A DNA stretch of 64,000 nucleotides from NCBI GenBank assembly GCA_963765765.1, contig CAVXYC010000029.1, forward strand, positions 64,001-128,000. Reading direction: 5' to 3'. Both the position numbers and the translations under genes were made by a program. The notes below the pieces were generated by a model. The model was given only the letters and a program-made list of their open reading frames with translations, did not search any database and had not been told where the DNA came from. Each line of letters begins with the position of its first letter. The stretch's first letter is position 1. Source of the stretch: an uncultured Chloroflexia bacterium. GTDB taxonomy: Bacteria; Chloroflexota; UBA6077; JACCZL01. Shown here piece by piece: positions 59,938 to 64,000 of this stretch.

Positions 59938-61386
59938 CCGAGCCGCTGATCTCAGAAATTAGCCGCCCCGGGAGGCCAGGGCACCGACTTCCCGGGTCAG
60001 GATGACATCCCTCCCAAATACGAGCTATCGAGCGACCTGCAGCGCGATGCGCTGCCGTTGCCTGAGGTCTCCGAGCTGGACCTGATGCGCCACGCGGTGC
60101 ACCTGTCCACAAAGAACCACTCCATCGATAACGGTTTTTATCCGCTCGGCTCGTGCACCATGAAATATAACCCCAAGATCAACGAGGACATCGCTCGTTT
60201 GCCGGGCTTCCTCTCGGTCCATCCGCACCAGCCTCAGTCTACGGTCCAGGGCGCCCTGGAGGTCATGTGGGAGCTCCAGCGAATCCTCGAGGCGATTACT
60301 GGATTTGACGCTGCAACATTGCAGCCCGCGGCCGGAGCGCATGGCGAGCTGTGCGGCATGCTCATGATCCGTGCTGCCTTACGGGCTCGCGGTCAAGGCC
60401 ATCGCGCAAAAGTCCTCATTCCGGACTCCGCGCACGGCACCAATCCGGCCACCGCGGCGATGTGCGGTTTCTATACAGTCTCCGTTCCCACCGATCAGCA
60501 TGGCAACGTCGACGTCAGCGTCATCGAGCGCGAAGCCGACGATCAGACCGTGGGCCTCATGCTGACCAATCCGAATACGTTGGGCCTATTTGAACAGCGA
60601 ATCCTCGAGGTGACCGAGCTCGTCCATCGTGCTGGTGGACTGGTGTACGGCGATGGCGCGAACCTCAACGCGATCCTTGGAGCAGTAAAGCCCCGCGAGA
60701 TGGGCATTGACGTTCTCCACATCAACGTCCATAAAACCTTCTCCACGCCGCACGGCGCCGGTGGCCCCGGAGATGGCCCGGTCGTTGTGACACGCGAGCT
60801 GGAGCCATTCCTGCCGGTCCCGGTGGTGAGCAAGCATCCCGATGGGGCATTTTTTCTAGATTGGGACCGCCCGAGCTCCATTGGCAAGCTCAAAGCTTTC
60901 AACGGGCATTTCGGAATTCTCGCGCGTGCACTGACCTACATTCTGATGCAGGGGAGCGATGGTTTGCGCGAGATCAGCCAGACGGCCGTACTCCACGCAA
61001 ACTACCTGCGAAGCCTGCTCCAGGACGCGTACGAGCTCGCTTACCCTCGCTCCTGCATGCACGAATTCGTCCTAACTGGAAGGCGTCAGAAGCGCGCTGG
61101 GGTGCGCACGCTCGACATCGCTAAGCGCCTCCTGGACTTCGGAATTCACCCGCCCACCGTTTACTTCCCACTTATAGTCGAAGAGGCTATGATGATCGAG
61201 CCTACCGAGTCGGAGAGCAAAGAAACGCTGGACGAATTCGCTCGGGTCATGCTCCAGATCGCACACGAGGTCGATGAGAATCCCGACGTAATTCATTCAG
61301 CTCCGCACACGACGCCGGTGGGCAGGTTGGACGAAGCGACGGCTGCACGGAAGCCGCGACTCCGATGGGGAACGCAGGACCGATAA
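59934..61386 (+). CDS. gcvPB: Glycine dehydrogenase subunit 2; +1 frameshift near the 5' end in this sequence
   Basis: ATG 59934 (ATGA overlap) reads [14 protein letters not shown]. The main frame has [17 protein letters not shown] and HKTFSTPHG. Removing one G at 59994-59996 joins the two. Confidence 0.93.
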
Positions 61387-61388
61387 CT

Positions 61389-62438
61389 ATGGAACAACGG
61401 ACTGAAACACATTCCGCGTCAACGGGAATTGCACCTCCCGAGGCACCACTACTGGATGTGCGGAATTTGCATACGGTGTTCGCCACCGGCGACGGAGTGG
61501 TGCACGCAGTCAATGGCGTCTCCTACACGGTAAAGCCGGGTGAAGCGCTGGGACTGGTGGGCGAAAGCGGCTGCGGCAAAAGCGTGAGCGCGCTGTCGCT
61601 CATGCGCCTCATTCCCAATCCTCCCGGCCGCATCAGCGAGGGAGAAATCCTGTTCGACGGCCGCGACTTGCTCAAGCTGAGTGACGAGGAGATGCGCCGC
61701 GTGCGGGGCAAAGAGATCGCCATCATCTTCCAGGACCCCATGAGCTCGCTCAATCCCGTCCTCACCATCGGACGCCAGATCTCCGAAGCCCTCGAGCTTC
61801 ATGAAGGCTTGAACGGCGCCAAGGCCCGCGAACGCACTGTGGAGCTGCTCGACCTGGTCGGTATCCCGTCTGCCAGCTCGCGCGTGGATGACTACCCACA
61901 CCAGTTCTCCGGTGGCATGCGCCAGCGCGTAATGATCGCCATGGCCCTGTCCTGTAATCCCAAGCTGCTCATCGCCGACGAGCCAACCACCGCGCTCGAC
62001 GTGACGATTCAGGCGCAGATTCTGGATCTCATCGCGCGATTGCGCAAAGAGCTCGGGATGGCGGTCATCCTGATCACCCATGACCTGGGCGTGGTGGCCG
62101 GCGTGTGCGAGCGCATCAACGTCATGTACGCGGGGCACATCGTGGAGTCCGGTACCGCCGAGGAGCTCTTTGCCAATCCGCGCCACCCGTACACGCTGGG
62201 TCTTCTTCGGAGCGTCCCGCGCATCGACCAGCCACGCAGAGAGAAGCTCATCCCGATTGAAGGGCTGCCACCCGATCTCATCGATGCGCCACCGGGCTGC
62301 CCTTTTGCACCCCGCTGCGCCTACGCCGTGGAGCGTTGCCTGGACGAGAACCCTGAGCTGGAGCCGGTCGGACCGGCCCACGTCGCCGCCTGCTGGGTGG
62401 ACGTCGCCAAGGAGCCTGCACATGTCGATCTTGTCTGA
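61389..62438 (+). CDS. oppD: Oligopeptide/dipeptide ABC transporter ATPase
   Basis: Motifs [37 protein letters not shown] and GCPFAPRC. Confidence 0.93.
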   Translation: MEQRTETHSASTGIAPPEAPLLDVRNLHTVFATGDGVVHAVNGVSYTVKPGEALGLVGESGCGKSVSALSLMRLIPNPPGRISEGEILFDGRDLLKLSDEEMRRVRGKEIAIIFQDPMSSLNPVLTIGRQISEALELHEGLNGAKARERTVELLDLVGIPSASSRVDDYPHQFSGGMRQRVMIAMALSCNPKLLIADEPTTALDVTIQAQILDLIARLRKELGMAVILITHDLGVVAGVCERINVMYAGHIVESGTAEELFANPRHPYTLGLLRSVPRIDQPRREKLIPIEGLPPDLIDAPPGCPFAPRCAYAVERCLDENPELEPVGPAHVAACWVDVAKEPAHVDLV

Positions 62439-63519
62439 GTCCCCAACGACCAGCGACGGCTTCGGCGACCAGCCTAGTAGCAACAACAGTAGCCTGCTGG
62501 ACGTGCGCGGGCTAAAGATGTACTTCCCAATTCACAAGGGGATTGTGTTCCAGAGCCGCGTCGGTTGGGTCCAAGCGGTGGACGACATCACCTTTGACGT
62601 GAAAGAAGGCGAGACGCTCGGATTGGTCGGCGAGAGCGGCTGCGGCAAGTCCACCACCGGGCGGGCCATCCTGCAGCTGTATAAGCCCACTGAAGGGTCC
62701 GTGCGCTTCGATGACACGGAGCTCACCACGCTCAAGGGCGGTGACATGCGGCGCATGCGGCGGAAGATGCAGATGATCTTCCAGGATCCGTACGCGTCGT
62801 TGAATCCGCGCATGACCGTGGGCAGCATCATCGCCGAGCCTCTCGAGATTCACGGACTGGCGAAAGGGAAAGCCAAGCAGGAGCGCGTGCAAGAGCTCCT
62901 GCGCTTGGTCGGACTGAACCCCTACTTCGCCAATCGCTACCCGCATGAATTCTCCGGCGGCCAGCGGCAACGGATTGGCATTGCCCGCGCCCTGGCCGTG
63001 GAGCCGCGCTTCATCGTGTGCGACGAGCCGATCTCCGCTCTGGACGTCTCCATTCAAGCGCAGGTCATCAACTTGCTCGAATCGCTGCAGGAGCAGCTCG
63101 GACTGACTTATCTGTTCATCGCCCATGATCTCGCCGTGGTGCGCCATATCTCGGACCGCGTCGCCGTGATGTATGTGGGCAAGATGATGGAAGTGGCCGA
63201 TCGCAACAGTTTGTACGAGCGCCCATTACACCCGTACACGCAGGCGCTGCTCTCCGCCATTCCCGTGCCCGACCCGATTCAAGAACGGAAGCGCGAGCGG
63301 GTGATTCTGCGGGGCGACGTGCCGAGCCCGGTCAACCCGCCCAGCGGGTGTCGTTTCAATCCGCGGTGTCGCTATGCTGAAGCCAACTGCACGACCGACG
63401 AGCCGCCACTGATCCAGGTGGATTCACATCACACCGTGGCCTGCCATTACTGGCAGGAGATCGAACAAGGCACCAAGCGCGTCACACAGGCTGAGGCCGC
63501 TGTTGTAGTCGCCGCCTGA
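62422..63519 (+). CDS. oppF: Oligopeptide/dipeptide ABC transporter ATPase
   Basis: Motifs [35 protein letters not shown] and [15 protein letters not shown] start at 62422. Confidence 0.93.
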   Translation: MSILSESPTTSDGFGDQPSSNNSSLLDVRGLKMYFPIHKGIVFQSRVGWVQAVDDITFDVKEGETLGLVGESGCGKSTTGRAILQLYKPTEGSVRFDDTELTTLKGGDMRRMRRKMQMIFQDPYASLNPRMTVGSIIAEPLEIHGLAKGKAKQERVQELLRLVGLNPYFANRYPHEFSGGQRQRIGIARALAVEPRFIVCDEPISALDVSIQAQVINLLESLQEQLGLTYLFIAHDLAVVRHISDRVAVMYVGKMMEVADRNSLYERPLHPYTQALLSAIPVPDPIQERKRERVILRGDVPSPVNPPSGCRFNPRCRYAEANCTTDEPPLIQVDSHHTVACHYWQEIEQGTKRVTQAEAAVVVAA

Positions 63520-63577
63520 GCGAAGCCTTCGGCTTCGCACGTTGTCAGTACCCATTTCTCTGATGTTAGTCAGAGAA

Positions 63578-64000
63578 ATGGGTACTGAGTCGATTCAACG
63601 GGTCCGTAGCTTCTGTCGCACGGTGGCAGCGAGTATAGGCGCTATGACCGACCGATTTCTCGATCGTGCCCGGCCGATGGGCGAGTCACGGACGCAGCGG
63701 GAGATTGAGCACGAAGGTGTCGATGTCCGCGACCTTCGAGCCCGACTTAACTTTGACTCAGGGTCTACGAGTCGAATCTTCCGTTCGCTCGAGCAGCAAG
63801 GCTTGGTGTCGGTCGCCCCGAGTCCCTGCGACGCAAGAGTTCGCCGGGCGCGTCTCACCGAGGCAGGAATTGCCGAACGAGTTGACCCCGCCAGCTGGCA
63901 TGTTCGTTATTGCCCACCTGGGAGACCGCCCCGTAGGGTGCGAAGCACTCAAGTTCCATCTTGATGCCGGCCGAGCTGAAGCGAATGTGGATCTCACCTG
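63578..64000 (+). pseudogene. Decayed MarR-HTH/GNAT acetyltransferase fusion gene, truncated by the window edge
   Basis: The MarR frame (VRSFCRTV...DLRARLNFDSG..SR...DARVRRARLTEAG) jumps at about 63880 into a GNAT fragment in another frame (LTPPAGMFVIA...PVGC.ALKFH), then a third frame (AELKRMWISP). Confidence 0.7.

Noticed and set aside
61449-63147. 345-aa and 211-aa antisense ORFs over oppD/oppF, and similar ones opposite hemB, the sugar transferase, ftsH and secA
   Set aside because: Antisense mirror ORFs typical of GC-rich coding strands; no independent motifs.

Overview
A gene-dense, GC-rich bacterial chromosomal segment made almost entirely of housekeeping operons. It is probably from a Chloroflexota organism; this is an inference from gene content, protein style and Gram-positive-type GAAC-N4-GTTC SOS boxes. 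Gene order: ddl; a tetrapyrrole operon (regulator-sirC-hemA-hemC-cobA/hemD-hemB-hemL); murG; a glycogen-debranching-type glycosidase; purA; a surface-polysaccharide cluster (rmlA/rmlB, BY-kinase, two Wzz-like proteins, two GT4, priming transferase, LCP); aroF-aroC-aroK-aroB; rodZ-rimO-cinA-recA-recX; a PucR-family regulator with glnA, divergent from pyrR-pyrB-pyrC-carA-carB-pyrK-pyrD; TolB-like-ftsB-tilS-hpt-ftsH-HDAC-prs-secA; gcvT-H-PA-PB-oppD-oppF; and a decayed MarR-GNAT gene at the right edge. I saw no rRNA, tRNA, CRISPR array, transposase or phage genes. The most interesting signals are regulatory. (1) A BldC/Xis-like HTH plus globin-like regulator heads the hem operon, with 10-bp direct repeats just downstream of its promoter (candidate tetrapyrrole-sensing autorepressor). 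(2) A PucR-family regulator overlaps the glnA start, with tandem 17-bp boxes between it and the pyr promoter. (3) A complete leader-peptide attenuator architecture precedes aroF. (4) A perfect SOS box lies inside the secA promoter. (5) PyrC lacks two Zn-ligand histidines. (6) A REPIN/MITE-like hairpin sits in the pyr operon. Three small indels (cinA, carA, gcvPB) look like sequencing errors. All calls were made by eye from motifs, without database searches; several start codons were moved from the supplied ORF track.
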